Of a stretch of DNA of 64,000 nt, positions 35,925 through 46,302 are shown in pieces; position 1 is the stretch's first letter, and every line of letters starts with the position of its first letter. Source of the stretch: an uncultured Ignavibacteriales bacterium (lineage in GTDB: Bacteria; Zixibacteria; MSB-5A5; GN15; FEB-12). A program made the position numbers and the translations under genes. The stretch is from assembly GCA_964503315.1 (NCBI GenBank), contig CAZCZL010000001.1:186514-250513 (forward strand), given 5' to 3'. The notes beneath the pieces were generated by a model. That model searched no databases. It saw only the letters and a program-made list of their open reading frames with translations, and was not told the DNA's origin.

Positions 35925-36211
35925 CCCCCAATGACCTTTGGCACGAGGAAAAACTCCCCGTCTTGCTGGGGTGCGTTGGCGAGCGCCTTGTCGCGCGGAA
36001 GCGAGGGCTCGGCAATATCTTCGCGGAACACATTCTCCGCGGTGATGAACTGGTTTTGCGGCTCCACCCCGTCAGTCTCCACTGACTTGAGCTGATCAAT
36101 GTGATCAAGAATGACCGTCAGCTCGGTGGTGTAGCGTTCAATCTCTTCGGGAGTCAGATTCAGCCGCGCCAGGCGGGCAATATGCTCTACTTGGGCTTTT
36201 GAGAGTGGCAT
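35921..36211 (-). CDS. gatC: Asp/Glu-tRNA amidotransferase subunit C
   Basis: The ORF track gives 36235. ATG 36211 gives MPLSKAQVEHIARLARLNLTPEE.... Confidence 0.9.
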
Positions 36212-36216
36212 GGGTG

Positions 36217-36245
36217 AAGTTACGGAACAGGCCATCGGTCGTCAA
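36217..36245 (-). promoter_or_regulatory. Candidate promoter abutting the gatC ATG (leaderless candidate)
   Basis: On the minus strand: TTGACG, 17 nt, TAACTT, 5 nt, ATG 36211. Confidence 0.35.
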
Positions 36246-36373
36246 GGGCAAAAACCAGACAATTGAAACAGGCCTGAACGGCGCAAATAAGTTGTTTGGG
36301 GCGCTAAAGTTATCGGCACGTGTTCCGACATTTCCAATACATGTACCATAATGAAACAAGGAAATATGGGACT

Positions 36374-37759
36374 ATGACACCCGGGCAGTTTCACCTTGAA
36401 GCGGAGTTAACCGACCGTGTCGCCACACGTCAGGCTGACACGCGCCTCTCTGACCAGGCATCGGATGCCGGTATCGTTTCACTTCTCATTAGTGTAGCCA
36501 CGCGGGGATGGTTGACCGACCACGAGAAAGAGCTACTCGATTCCCTCGTGCCGTCACACAGCATTAGCTTCTTGACTTACGATGGCCAGTATCTTCATCC
36601 GGAGGCTGTGCCACTCTTGAATCCCGAACAGCTTGAAGCCTCCTACCTGCAGGAAAACGCGGTCTACTCGCATCGGCAACGACTGGTCTCCGGATCGTTC
36701 ACGAGCAGCCGTGTCCACGCTGCAAGGCTGGGAGAGCTGAGTGGGAAACAGCTCACGTTCGGGATGGTCGGACAGGATCGAAGTGGTATGTTCGACCACA
36801 CGGGTGACAACTTTGCCATCTTGGTGGGGCGGTTCCGTACAGCGGTCCAACGCGTGCGGCCCGCAGTTGAACGCTTGATGACGGTGTTGACCTCTGACAC
36901 TCCTGCTTTACTGATCAATCGATGCTCCGGTCGAATAATCGCGGCGAATGCAACTCTGTGTTCAAAGCTTGATGGTGACTTGGGGGAGATAGTCGATTCA
37001 GAGTTTAGCACATGCAAAAGCAGATTAAACAATCTGCTCGAACGACATTCCCTTCACGCCGAGAACTTACGGGTTGGTGAGATAGATCTCTCACTCATCA
37101 GTTTTGTGCCACGCCGTACACGGGCCGGAGAAATGGCCGGAGAAATGTACCCGAAATTCATCGAAAGTCTGCGTCGGGCGACTCAGGCGCTTCATTCGAC
37201 CGCGCATCATCTTGAAGGAATAATCACCTGGCAACCGGGCCATCCGGAGACCGAACTTCTCCGCCTTATCCATGAAGAAACGACGGAGTTGGAGCAGATC
37301 GTTCATCGCTACCAGTTGCTGACTGTTTTCGGGCAACTCAGAGCGGAAACGATCAATCCTGCTGACGAATTGCGCAAAACAGTTACGCACGCCGCGATAC
37401 ATCATCCTTCGCGACAACTGACCATGACCGAGCAGTGGTCCTCGCGTGTCGTATTGAATCTCCCGACAGAGGCGCTAGCTGTCTTGTATGAGACCATTCT
37501 GGAGGTTCATCTCACCTCCAGTGGATGTATGACCACTACTTCGGTCGCCCTCGACGCTGATCCGGCCGGACTGCTGGAGATCCGTGTTGCGACTACTTCG
37601 CCAAACGCAACCGCCCATCTACACTGTTCCAGCGACTGGAGCGACTACATAGAGTCGTTGGGGAGACTCCTTGGCTTCACCGTACACCACCGTTTCGCGG
37701 ACGGCACGAGAATTGAAACCATCCTGACTCACCATAAGGATTCACGCACCCATGAATAA
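36374..37759 (+). CDS. Histidine-kinase-like sensor protein with degenerate catalytic motifs
   Basis: The ORF track gives 36320 (GTG). ATG 36374 has an AAGGAAA Shine-Dalgarno sequence. It has a PAS-like stretch (LLINRCSGRIIAANATLCSKL), a DHp-like two-helix region (LRRATQALHSTAHHLEGI / ELLRLIHEETTELEQIV) and a CA-like tail with no recognisable N, G1 or G2 boxes. It overlaps the response regulator gene by 8 nt. Confidence 0.6.
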   Translation: MTPGQFHLEAELTDRVATRQADTRLSDQASDAGIVSLLISVATRGWLTDHEKELLDSLVPSHSISFLTYDGQYLHPEAVPLLNPEQLEASYLQENAVYSHRQRLVSGSFTSSRVHAARLGELSGKQLTFGMVGQDRSGMFDHTGDNFAILVGRFRTAVQRVRPAVERLMTVLTSDTPALLINRCSGRIIAANATLCSKLDGDLGEIVDSEFSTCKSRLNNLLERHSLHAENLRVGEIDLSLISFVPRRTRAGEMAGEMYPKFIESLRRATQALHSTAHHLEGIITWQPGHPETELLRLIHEETTELEQIVHRYQLLTVFGQLRAETINPADELRKTVTHAAIHHPSRQLTMTEQWSSRVVLNLPTEALAVLYETILEVHLTSSGCMTTTSVALDADPAGLLEIRVATTSPNATAHLHCSSDWSDYIESLGRLLGFTVHHRFADGTRIETILTHHKDSRTHE

Positions 37760-39167
37760 CTCCGTAGACAATAGCACGATACGGATCCTCGTGATCGATG
37801 ATGAACAGATGAGCCGCGAGTGCATTGTATCTGTTCTGGCCAGCGAGCAGTTCCAGGTCATGCAGGCCTCGAACGCCGCCGATGGTCTGGCGCTTACGCG
37901 CAAACACCAATTCGATCTTGTGATCACCGACCTACGAATAGGGGACGATTCGGGGATCGATGTGATCCGCACCGTCCAGTCAACCGTGCCGGAGACCGAG
38001 ATCATCCTGATCACCGGATATGGGACAATCGAAAGCGCCGTCGAGGCCATCCAGGCCGGTGCGTTCGATTATCTCACCAAGCCGTTCTCCAACCAGCATC
38101 TGCTGGTCAAAGTGAATAAGGCGGTCGAGCGCAAGCAGATGAAGCGCGAGATCACAGTGCTGCGGCAACATGTCGCCATGAACTACGGGTTTGACAATAT
38201 CGTCGGGATCTCCAAGGTCATGGCGCAACTCAAAGAAACAGCCCAGCGTGTCGCGCCGACAGATATTACGGTCCTCATTACCGGGCCCTCGGGAACCGGC
38301 AAGGAACTCTTTGCCAGGGCGATCCACCACCACTCCAATCGGCGGACCGGTAGTTTCGTGGCGGTAGACTGCAGCGCGATACCCGAGACTCTCCTTGAAT
38401 CAGAGCTGTTTGGCCACGTGAAGGGGTCTTTCACCAACGCATATAACGCTAAGAAGGGTCTGTTCGAGGAGGCACACGAGGGAACGCTGTTTTTGGATGA
38501 GGTCTCGAATATCCCCATGGCAACGCAGGCGAAATTGCTTCGTTTCCTACAGGAATCCGAAATACGTCCGGTGGGCGCGACCGAATCGAAGCGGGTTAAT
38601 GTGCGGATCGTGGCAGCCACCAATCGCGATCTGAAGATCATGGTCCAGGAGGGGACGTTCCGCGAGGACCTCTATTTCCGCCTGAATGTCATCCCGTTGA
38701 ATCTCCCGCCACTGATAGAGCGGCCGGAAGATATCGAGATGCTGATCGATTACTTCCTTCGCAAGATATCGCACGACATGAAGGGTCACACCGTGACCAT
38801 CACGCGTCGGGCAGTTGACAAGATGCTTGGGCACAAGTGGCCGGGGAATGTCCGCGAACTGGAAAATGCGCTTAAGCGCGGCGCGGCGCTCTGCCAGGAC
38901 AACCAGATAGACGTCAACGATGTCATCTTTATCGCCGGTGAACGCCCCGCGATCGACAACGAGATTCCGACGAAGATGTCTATCACGTTCCGCGGTGGAC
39001 GCCTTGACGCGGAACAACGCTCGCTGATCGTTAAGTCGCTGGCGGAGAATGACTGGAATTTCACACGAACGGCTCAAGAGCTTGGTATCGGACGAACCAC
39101 GCTTTGGCGCAAGATCAAGAAATACAACCTCACCAAGTTGGGAGTTATCGACGAGGTCGAGGTTTAG
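37752..39167 (+). CDS. Sigma54-dependent (NtrC-family) response regulator: REC + AAA+ + Fis-type HTH
   Basis: 471 aa. REC domain Asp (VITDLRIGDDSG) and LTKPF; Walker A GPSGTGKE; Walker B LFLDE. The GAFTGA position reads GSFTNA. The C-terminal HTH is RTAQELGIGRTTLWRKIKKY. Confidence 0.92.
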   Translation: MNNSVDNSTIRILVIDDEQMSRECIVSVLASEQFQVMQASNAADGLALTRKHQFDLVITDLRIGDDSGIDVIRTVQSTVPETEIILITGYGTIESAVEAIQAGAFDYLTKPFSNQHLLVKVNKAVERKQMKREITVLRQHVAMNYGFDNIVGISKVMAQLKETAQRVAPTDITVLITGPSGTGKELFARAIHHHSNRRTGSFVAVDCSAIPETLLESELFGHVKGSFTNAYNAKKGLFEEAHEGTLFLDEVSNIPMATQAKLLRFLQESEIRPVGATESKRVNVRIVAATNRDLKIMVQEGTFREDLYFRLNVIPLNLPPLIERPEDIEMLIDYFLRKISHDMKGHTVTITRRAVDKMLGHKWPGNVRELENALKRGAALCQDNQIDVNDVIFIAGERPAIDNEIPTKMSITFRGGRLDAEQRSLIVKSLAENDWNFTRTAQELGIGRTTLWRKIKKYNLTKLGVIDEVEV

Positions 39168-39193
39168 CAAGTATACGAGTCAAGGAAGACCGT

Positions 39194-39230
39194 AGGCGGT
39201 AACGGGATTTCCGGTGCCGCCTTTTACTTT
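39194..39230 (+). terminator. Terminator-like hairpin after the NtrC-type gene
   Basis: AGGCGG...CCGCCT stem followed by TTTTACTTTGG. It sits between convergent genes. Confidence 0.5.
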
Positions 39231-39232
39231 GG

Positions 39233-40357
39233 TTAATTTCGCTGATTGAGCCGGGCGCGACGGCGAGCGTTGTTGTGCTCGTCGTTGGTCCGCGAAAAGA
39301 TGTGTCCGCCGGTACCATCGGCAACAAAATAGAGGTAGTCAGAGCCATCCGGACGCATCGCCGCCAGAATCGACGCCAGCCCTGGGGAATTGATCGGAGT
39401 CGGCGGAAGCCCCTGAATTCGATAGGTATTGTAAATAGTAGTGCTGTCGAGGTCCGCGCGAATAAGCGGCCTGTCCAGTCCACCCAGACCATAGATCACT
39501 GTGGGGTCAGCGTCCAACGTCATTCCCAGTCTAAGGCGATTCAGATAGACAGAGGCCACACGACTTCGCTCCGACGCCAGAGGGGTCTCGGCCTCGATGA
39601 TCGAGGCAAGCACAAGTGTCTGATACTTGTTTAATCCCGTGGCAATTGGCTGTCGCCAGAGTGAGTCGGTACGGTCATGAAAGGTCTGGACCATCTCGGC
39701 GATCACCGCGCGATAGGAGACACCGAGAGCAAAAGAGTAGGTTTCCGGGAAGAGATGTCCCTCCAGATATGGAACCTCTAAGCTATCCAGGAAGTCTCGG
39801 TCATGAGCCAGGGCCATGATCGACGCGGAATCGAGCTGGAGCTTTGTTTGGAGCACCGACGCGACTCTCCAAATCGGCATCCCCTCGGGAATAGTGACTT
39901 CGGTCAATTCGACATCGCCGCGCGCAAACTTGTCCAGAACTGAGCGTGCCGAATTCTCGCCGGTAAAGACATATGTACCCGATAGGAGTCTTCGATCGAT
40001 CTTGAGCAATCGTGCCGGGTAGACCAGCATCCATCGTTCCGACACAACCCCTTTGGTGACCAATTCATCCGCTACACTTCTGAACGATTTGCCGCTCTCA
40101 ACGGCGATTGAGACTTTTCGATCACCCAGGTCGGCTGACCGGGTGTAGAGGAAAAAGAGAATGGCAGTTGCAGCAATCCCTATCCCTGCGGCTGCAGCGA
40201 TGGCCATTCCCCAGGACATCGTCGGCCGCCGAAAACGGTTGAATATCCAGGCTATCAGTCGGATGATGAGCAATCCCAGGCCCACAAATAGAAGGAAGAT
40301 AGTGGTGAGCGCGTACCAGAGGTATTCCCAGAACTGGATATTGGCATCACCCCTCAC
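39233..40357 (-). CDS. mltG: Endolytic murein transglycosylase MltG (YceG-like)
   Basis: 374 aa. One N-terminal TM helix. ASIIEAE...YLNRL...PTPINSPG motifs. Confidence 0.9.
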   Translation of the reverse strand: MRGDANIQFWEYLWYALTTIFLLFVGLGLLIIRLIAWIFNRFRRPTMSWGMAIAAAAGIGIAATAILFFLYTRSADLGDRKVSIAVESGKSFRSVADELVTKGVVSERWMLVYPARLLKIDRRLLSGTYVFTGENSARSVLDKFARGDVELTEVTIPEGMPIWRVASVLQTKLQLDSASIMALAHDRDFLDSLEVPYLEGHLFPETYSFALGVSYRAVIAEMVQTFHDRTDSLWRQPIATGLNKYQTLVLASIIEAETPLASERSRVASVYLNRLRLGMTLDADPTVIYGLGGLDRPLIRADLDSTTIYNTYRIQGLPPTPINSPGLASILAAMRPDGSDYLYFVADGTGGHIFSRTNDEHNNARRRARLNQRN

Positions 40358-40772
40358 GATGATCCTCCAGATATCGTTGCAGGATGATGACAGCGGCTAT
40401 CCGATCGACCCGTTTCTTGTCCTTCCTGACCTTCTGACCGTGCGCGCGGATGATCGAAGAGGCCTCGCGGGAAGTATCGGCCTCATCGACCCGAATGATG
40501 GGGCCTGAGTAATGGGCGGACAGCTTTTCGACGAATGAGTCTATCTCTTCGCACTTCCTGCTTCTATCGCCGGACGCGAGGAGCGGGTAACCTATTACGA
40601 CAGTGGCCGGGTTGTACTCAGCGATGACCCCGGCGACAAACTTGACCGCCTCAGCCATGGACTTGATCTCGAGTGTGGTCAGGGCTGAGGCAATGATCGC
40701 CATCGGGTCGGATTTCGCCAATCCGATCCGTTTGGTGCCATAGTCAATTGCCAGGATAGTGCGGTCCTTCAT
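40347..40772 (-). CDS. ruvX: Holliday junction resolvase-like / pre-16S rRNA nuclease RuvX (YqgF)
   Basis: 141 aa. ILAIDYGTKRIGLAKSD. Confidence 0.92.
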   Translation of the reverse strand: MKDRTILAIDYGTKRIGLAKSDPMAIIASALTTLEIKSMAEAVKFVAGVIAEYNPATVVIGYPLLASGDRSRKCEEIDSFVEKLSAHYSGPIIRVDEADTSREASSIIRAHGQKVRKDKKRVDRIAAVIILQRYLEDHREG

Positions 40773-40780
40773 GACCCCGC

Positions 40781-40810
40781 AATCTACCGGTGTTCAAAGG
40801 CCGGAGTCAA
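40781..40810 (-). promoter_or_regulatory. Candidate promoter abutting the ruvX ATG (near-leaderless)
   Basis: On the minus strand: TTGACT, 18 nt, TAGATT, 8 nt, ATG 40772. No Shine-Dalgarno sequence. Confidence 0.45.
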
Positions 40811-40846
40811 AAAGAATGTTGGCCGGCGAACCGACCCGTCGAAGTA

Positions 40847-42385
40847 CTACTCCCACTCGATCGTCGCCGGGGGCTTGGACGAGATATCGTAGGTCACCCG
40901 GTTGACACCGCGGACATTTCGGATGATCCGGTTGGAGATGTGGGCAAGGATTTCGTTGTCGATACGCGCCCAGTCGGCGGTCATGCCATCGACGGACGTG
41001 ACCGCACGAAGCGCCACGACATTCTCATACGTGCGTTCGTCTCCCATCACCCCGACCGCCTTGACCGGGAGCAACACCGCAAAGGCCTGCCAGATATCGT
41101 CGTAGATATTGTTCTTATGTAGCTCTTCGATGAAGATATGGTCGACTTCGCGAAGCAGGTCACACCGTTCCTTGGTTATATCCCCCAGAATGCGAACCGC
41201 CAAGCCGGGCCCCGGGAACGGGTGGCGGCGGATAAACTGCTCCGGGAGTCCGAGCTTACGGCCAAGGGAGCGGACCTCGTCCTTGAACAGCTCACGGAGC
41301 GGCTCAACCAGTTTCAGTTTCATCCGCTCTTTCAAACCGCCGACATTATGGTGAGACTTGATCGTCACCGACGGTCCCTTGAACGAAGTTGATTCGATAA
41401 CATCGGGGTAGAGTGTCCCCTGACCGAGGAAATCAACTGAACCTATTTTTTCGGCTTCCTCTTCGAAGACATCGATGAATGTCGCGCCAATTATCTTTCG
41501 CTTTTTCTCGGGGTCCTCGACGCCAGCAAGCCGCTGAAGAAACAGATCCGAGGCATCTACAGGGTAAAGATTAATGCCGAGAGTCTTGAGCATAGCGGTG
41601 ACATCCTCGAACTCATTCTTGCGGAGCATCCCGGTATTGACAAAGACAGCATGGAGCCGCTCGGCTATGGCGCGATGCAGCAACATTGCCGCGACTGTCG
41701 AATCAACACCGCCGGAGATACCAAGCAAAACCTTTCCCTGCCCCACCTGCGCGCGGATACGGGAAATCGATTCATCCACAAGAGATTCCGTTGTCCAGTC
41801 TCCCTGCAATCTGCAAATATCAAAGAGGAAGTTGTGAAGTATCTGCTTCCCCTCGGCGGTGTGGTGGACTTCCGGATGAAATTGTACGCCGTAGATGTGG
41901 CGGACGTCATCGGCTATCGCCGCGACGGCGAGACCGTCGCTGGCGCCAGTGACATGGAAGCCGCCGGGGAGCGTAACGATCGAATCAGCGTGGGACATCC
42001 AGACCTGGCTCTGGGCCGACAGAGAACGGAACAGCGGAGACGTGTCATCAGGCTTGAAAGCGGCGCGACCATACTCGCGATGTTCACTTTTGACCAGTTT
42101 CCCGCCAAACACATCAGCCAACAACTGCATACCGTAGCAGATCGCGAGGATCGGTACGCCGATCTCGAAAAATTCGCGTCCAACCCTCGGAGCATCTACA
42201 TCCGCAAGCGAGGACGGGCCACCGGACAGAATATACCCCCGCACATTGCGGTCGCGATATTTGGCAAGGTCGGCGTTGAACGGGACGATCTCGCAATACA
42301 CATGGGCTTCGCGAATGCGACGGGCGATCAATTGCGTGTACTGAGAGCCAAAATCCAGGATCAGTACCATTTCATGGGTGGCCAC
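40847..42385 (-). CDS. guaA: GMP synthase (glutamine-hydrolysing)
   Basis: 512 aa. It has a GATase domain, the ATP-PPase motif SGGVDSTV, and ends in PPATIEWE. Confidence 0.97.
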   Translation of the reverse strand: MATHEMVLILDFGSQYTQLIARRIREAHVYCEIVPFNADLAKYRDRNVRGYILSGGPSSLADVDAPRVGREFFEIGVPILAICYGMQLLADVFGGKLVKSEHREYGRAAFKPDDTSPLFRSLSAQSQVWMSHADSIVTLPGGFHVTGASDGLAVAAIADDVRHIYGVQFHPEVHHTAEGKQILHNFLFDICRLQGDWTTESLVDESISRIRAQVGQGKVLLGISGGVDSTVAAMLLHRAIAERLHAVFVNTGMLRKNEFEDVTAMLKTLGINLYPVDASDLFLQRLAGVEDPEKKRKIIGATFIDVFEEEAEKIGSVDFLGQGTLYPDVIESTSFKGPSVTIKSHHNVGGLKERMKLKLVEPLRELFKDEVRSLGRKLGLPEQFIRRHPFPGPGLAVRILGDITKERCDLLREVDHIFIEELHKNNIYDDIWQAFAVLLPVKAVGVMGDERTYENVVALRAVTSVDGMTADWARIDNEILAHISNRIIRNVRGVNRVTYDISSKPPATIEWE

Positions 42386-43986
42386 TAGGAAGTTCCTTTC
42401 GGTGCGGTGATAACGGTGTCATGCAAGAATGCGTCGTTGGTCCCGGGACGGTCATCCAGATAGTGCAGGCCGCGGGATTCGCGACGAGATATAGCGCTCT
42501 GAATGATCAACTCCGCGACGGTTGCCAGATTGCGGAGTTCCACAACATTGTAGGTCGCGGGAGTCGCGTAGTAGTATTGATCAATCGCGGTTCGTATCTG
42601 CTCAACTTTCTCATGAGCCAGCGCTAGCCGATCTTCAGTTCTGACAATGCCGACAAAATCCGACATGACGCGCCGCAGTTCGCGGCGATCGTGAGCGATC
42701 AATATTTTCTCGCGCGGGTAGGCAAGGGATGAGTGCAGCGCATTTTCGACCTGAACCGGACGATTGAATTCCACCCCCTTCAGGTACTCGATCGACTTTT
42801 CAGAGGCAAACCTTGCCATGACGACGGCTTCCAACAGGGAGTTGGACGCCAATCGGTTCGCGCCATGCATGCCGGTCATGGCCACTTCGCCTGCTGTATA
42901 AAGACCCGGAAGTCCGGTCTCTCCTTCGATGGTGGACAGAACACCGCCGCACGCATAATGCGCCGCCGGAACAACCGGGATCGATCGTTCGGTGATATCG
43001 AATCCGTAGCGCAGGCACTCGGCATAGATATTCGGGAAACGAGACTTGATGAATTCCGCGTCTCGATGACTGATGTCCAGATAAACGTACTCTTCGCCGC
43101 TGGCCTTCAGCTCCTTGTCGATTGTCTGCGCGACGATATCACGAGGCGCAAGGTCCTTCAGTTCATGCGCATTTTCCATCAGGAAGCGGCCATCCGTCGA
43201 TTTCAGACGTGCGCCTTCGCCACGGACGGCTTCAGAGATGAGGAATGGTTCGCGCCCCGGTGCATACAGGGTCGTCGGGTGAAACTGAATGAACTCCAGA
43301 TTGGCGACCGGAATGCCAGCTCGATAGGCCATCGCCACGCCATCTCCGGTCGCAATCTCAGGATTGGAGGTATGGAAATAGACCTGCCCCAGTCCGCCAG
43401 TGGCGAGCATGGTGACCGGTGCGTAGATGGCGCTGAAAAGTCGGCCGGCCTCAGAAAATACGAATGCTCCCACGCAAGACGATTGTCCACCAACAGTGGT
43501 TTTTATAAGATCTAGCGCAATATGGTCGCGATAGATCTGGATCGTATCGCTTTTGGCTCGACAAGCGCTGAGTAGAGCCCGTTCGATCTCTTTGCCGGTC
43601 AGATCCGAGGCATGGACAACTCGATTAGCGGAATGCCCGCCCTCGCGACCAAGATCAAATCGTCCGGCCACTTTGGTGAAGCGAACACCGTAGTCGATTA
43701 ATTCCTGAATTACGGCTGGCCCGGCCTCGACGACACGTTCAACGACATCCTTCTTGCACAGACCACAGCCTACTTTGAGCGTATCCGCAATGTGAGCATC
43801 GAAAGAATCCGTACCAGAGAGGACAGCCGCGATCCCTCCCTGCGCGCGGTTGGTATTGGTCGCGGTCTCCCCTTTTTTGGTGACAAGAGCAATGCGCGCT
43901 TTGGGCATCTGTTCGGAAGCGCGAAGGGCATAGAACAGACCTGCTATGCCGCTGCCAATAACGAGGATGTCAAAATCACGATTCAT
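42385..43986 (-). CDS. nadB: L-aspartate oxidase
   Basis: 533 aa. FAD motif [12 protein letters not shown] and the succinate-DH/fumarate-reductase flavoprotein fold without partner subunits. Confidence 0.9.
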   Translation of the reverse strand: MNRDFDILVIGSGIAGLFYALRASEQMPKARIALVTKKGETATNTNRAQGGIAAVLSGTDSFDAHIADTLKVGCGLCKKDVVERVVEAGPAVIQELIDYGVRFTKVAGRFDLGREGGHSANRVVHASDLTGKEIERALLSACRAKSDTIQIYRDHIALDLIKTTVGGQSSCVGAFVFSEAGRLFSAIYAPVTMLATGGLGQVYFHTSNPEIATGDGVAMAYRAGIPVANLEFIQFHPTTLYAPGREPFLISEAVRGEGARLKSTDGRFLMENAHELKDLAPRDIVAQTIDKELKASGEEYVYLDISHRDAEFIKSRFPNIYAECLRYGFDITERSIPVVPAAHYACGGVLSTIEGETGLPGLYTAGEVAMTGMHGANRLASNSLLEAVVMARFASEKSIEYLKGVEFNRPVQVENALHSSLAYPREKILIAHDRRELRRVMSDFVGIVRTEDRLALAHEKVEQIRTAIDQYYYATPATYNVVELRNLATVAELIIQSAISRRESRGLHYLDDRPGTNDAFLHDTVITAPKGTS

Positions 43987-45071
43987 CAGGTTTCCCGAGG
44001 TTCCAGACCTAGCTTTTCAGTCAGATAAGAGACGAGTCGTTCCTCGCCGGGGTCAAGGTCAATGGTCAAACCAAGATAATAAGTCTCTCGGTCGAAATCA
44101 AAGTCGTCAAGTTTGACCCAGTCTTTTCCGGTAGTGAGCACAATGTCTGATTCGTGTTCATCCGCCATTTGTTTGATCTTCCGCAAAAGCGCCACGTCAT
44201 ACTGCTGATGGTCGGACAGCTCCAGAGCGTAATCGAGATCTCCGGCCAACGAGTTGACCATTTTACGCAGGGACCGGAAATTACCGATTCCCGCGAACAG
44301 GAAGACCGACTTGTCCTCCAGGTATTTCACCGGAAAACGTTGCTCCCTGCCGATCAGTTCCGATACAGCAAAGCGCGCGTGGTACAACGGCGCCTGTGGG
44401 TTGTGGCGCTCGATCATTCTTCGAATGGCGGTCCGATCTTTCGCGAAATTCGAGCGGGTTATGATAATGACATCGGCGCGTCCGATTGCGGAGATTGGCT
44501 CACGAAGCATGCCGTACGGGAATGGGCGCAGCATCTGCGGGCGAACCGCGGCGTCAAATGTGACAATATCTATATCCCGAACCAACGTGAAATGCTGGAA
44601 GCCGTCATCGACCACGATGACATCCACTTCACCGGAATCCTCCAGACGTTTGGCGGCATCGGATTTTGATCGGTCGACTGAAAAGATCGCTTCCGGCACA
44701 GCCTTGGCCAGGAGCATGACTTCATCACCGGTCTCGTCGGTCGAGCGCTCCTGTACTTTGTATCCTTCTTCAGCAAAGGAGGATTCGATCTTGCGCCCGT
44801 AACCCGAAGAGACTATACCGACGCGGATGCCGGATTCCAACAAGTGACGAGCGATGAACTCGACCATGGGCGTTTTGCCGGAACCACCGACTGTGATATT
44901 GCCGACCGATACGACGGGAATTGAAAGCTTTGGAGCCTTTCCGGCCATACTCCGTTTCAACGCGAACCCGGCGCGATAGAACAGCGAAACGACCCAGAGC
45001 AAGACAGCTGGAATTGCCAGTAGCGAGAAACTACCGCGGCGAAGAATTGCTTTCCAGAACCGTTCAAGCAT
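43986..45071 (-). CDS. lpxK: Tetraacyldisaccharide 4'-kinase
   Basis: 361 aa. P-loop VGNITVGGSGKTP. Confidence 0.92.
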   Translation of the reverse strand: MLERFWKAILRRGSFSLLAIPAVLLWVVSLFYRAGFALKRSMAGKAPKLSIPVVSVGNITVGGSGKTPMVEFIARHLLESGIRVGIVSSGYGRKIESSFAEEGYKVQERSTDETGDEVMLLAKAVPEAIFSVDRSKSDAAKRLEDSGEVDVIVVDDGFQHFTLVRDIDIVTFDAAVRPQMLRPFPYGMLREPISAIGRADVIIITRSNFAKDRTAIRRMIERHNPQAPLYHARFAVSELIGREQRFPVKYLEDKSVFLFAGIGNFRSLRKMVNSLAGDLDYALELSDHQQYDVALLRKIKQMADEHESDIVLTTGKDWVKLDDFDFDRETYYLGLTIDLDPGEERLVSYLTEKLGLEPRET

Positions 45072-46302
45072 GACTCACCCGCTTCAATATATGGTTCCCC
45101 GCGGTGGCTGTAGCCGAGTGTGAAAGGTCCGCTTTAGTCTTGCGTGCAAATGTGAGCTTGCCGGAGATCATCTCAGAAACTCGCGTCTCCATTTCGTCGA
45201 TATTCTGGATCATCGTGCCGAACTTATGAGTCCGAATATACTCCGCGGCATCCTGAACATTATAGACAGATTGGCCGAACAGCACAGGAGTCCCCGCCCA
45301 GACTGGCTCGAGCAGGTTGTGACCGCCGAGATTGCCGAGTGTACCTCCGACAAAGGCGAGATCGGCGGCCGCATAGAGGTCTACCAGAATGCCCATCCGA
45401 TTGACCAAGCGAACGGCATCGTTCTCGGGTGAAACTTCCTCTCCTGCCAACTTCACGTTCATACCTTGTTGCTGAATCTCCGCGATGATCTCATCGGTTC
45501 GTTCAATATGTCGGGGAACAAGGGCGATGCGCAACTGAGGAAACCTGGTAAGCAGACTGCGATAAAGCGCAACAAGTTGGGCTTCTTCGCCAGGGCGCGT
45601 AGAGCCCGCTACCAGAAGGAACTGGCTGGCGGAAACGGAGACCACATCGCGCATTTCGTTCTTCTGCGCCGCTGTCCGCTCCACCAAGGGTGCATCAAAT
45701 TTCATGTCGCCGGTGAGGGTCATTATCGATTCTGTAACACCGAGCGCTTTATATCGCTGGTAATCGTCCTTTCCCTTCAGGAAGAGACGATCATAGGTAC
45801 ACAGTAATCTGCCTATTGAGGCCTTCACAAACAGGTAGCGGCCGTAGGCTTTGTCAGAAAGTCGTCCATTGACCAGGACGATTGGTGTCTTGCGACTTTC
45901 CAGAGTCTCGATCAGGTTCGGCCAGATCTCAGTTTCGGCAATGACCACGATACGGGGTTGCATATGGTCGAGGAAATCGCGCCACACCATGGGAACATCG
46001 ATTGGGAAGTAGGAGACCTGCGCAAAATCGCCGCACAGCGACTTTGCCGTCCGGTAGCCTGTCCGGGTCATCACGGTGATATGGAATGTCAGCAAAGGAT
46101 TGATGCCTCGAAGGTAATCAAGGAGGTGACTGATGATGCGGACTTCGCCAACTGACGCGGCATGCAACCAGATATCGGCTTTGGCCGGATGTTTTGTCCC
46201 CAGCCGCCCCGCCCACAACTCGTCTTCGGTTGACCGCATCCAACCGAATTTGTAGGCCGTCCAATAGACCAAATAGGCCACCAAACGATATATCTGGATC
46301 AT
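45064..46302 (-). CDS. waaA: 3-deoxy-D-manno-octulosonic acid (Kdo) transferase
   Basis: 412 aa. The WLHAASVGE motif sits after an N-terminal anchor. Confidence 0.92.
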   Translation of the reverse strand: MIQIYRLVAYLVYWTAYKFGWMRSTEDELWAGRLGTKHPAKADIWLHAASVGEVRIISHLLDYLRGINPLLTFHITVMTRTGYRTAKSLCGDFAQVSYFPIDVPMVWRDFLDHMQPRIVVIAETEIWPNLIETLESRKTPIVLVNGRLSDKAYGRYLFVKASIGRLLCTYDRLFLKGKDDYQRYKALGVTESIMTLTGDMKFDAPLVERTAAQKNEMRDVVSVSASQFLLVAGSTRPGEEAQLVALYRSLLTRFPQLRIALVPRHIERTDEIIAEIQQQGMNVKLAGEEVSPENDAVRLVNRMGILVDLYAAADLAFVGGTLGNLGGHNLLEPVWAGTPVLFGQSVYNVQDAAEYIRTHKFGTMIQNIDEMETRVSEMISGKLTFARKTKADLSHSATATAGNHILKRVSHA

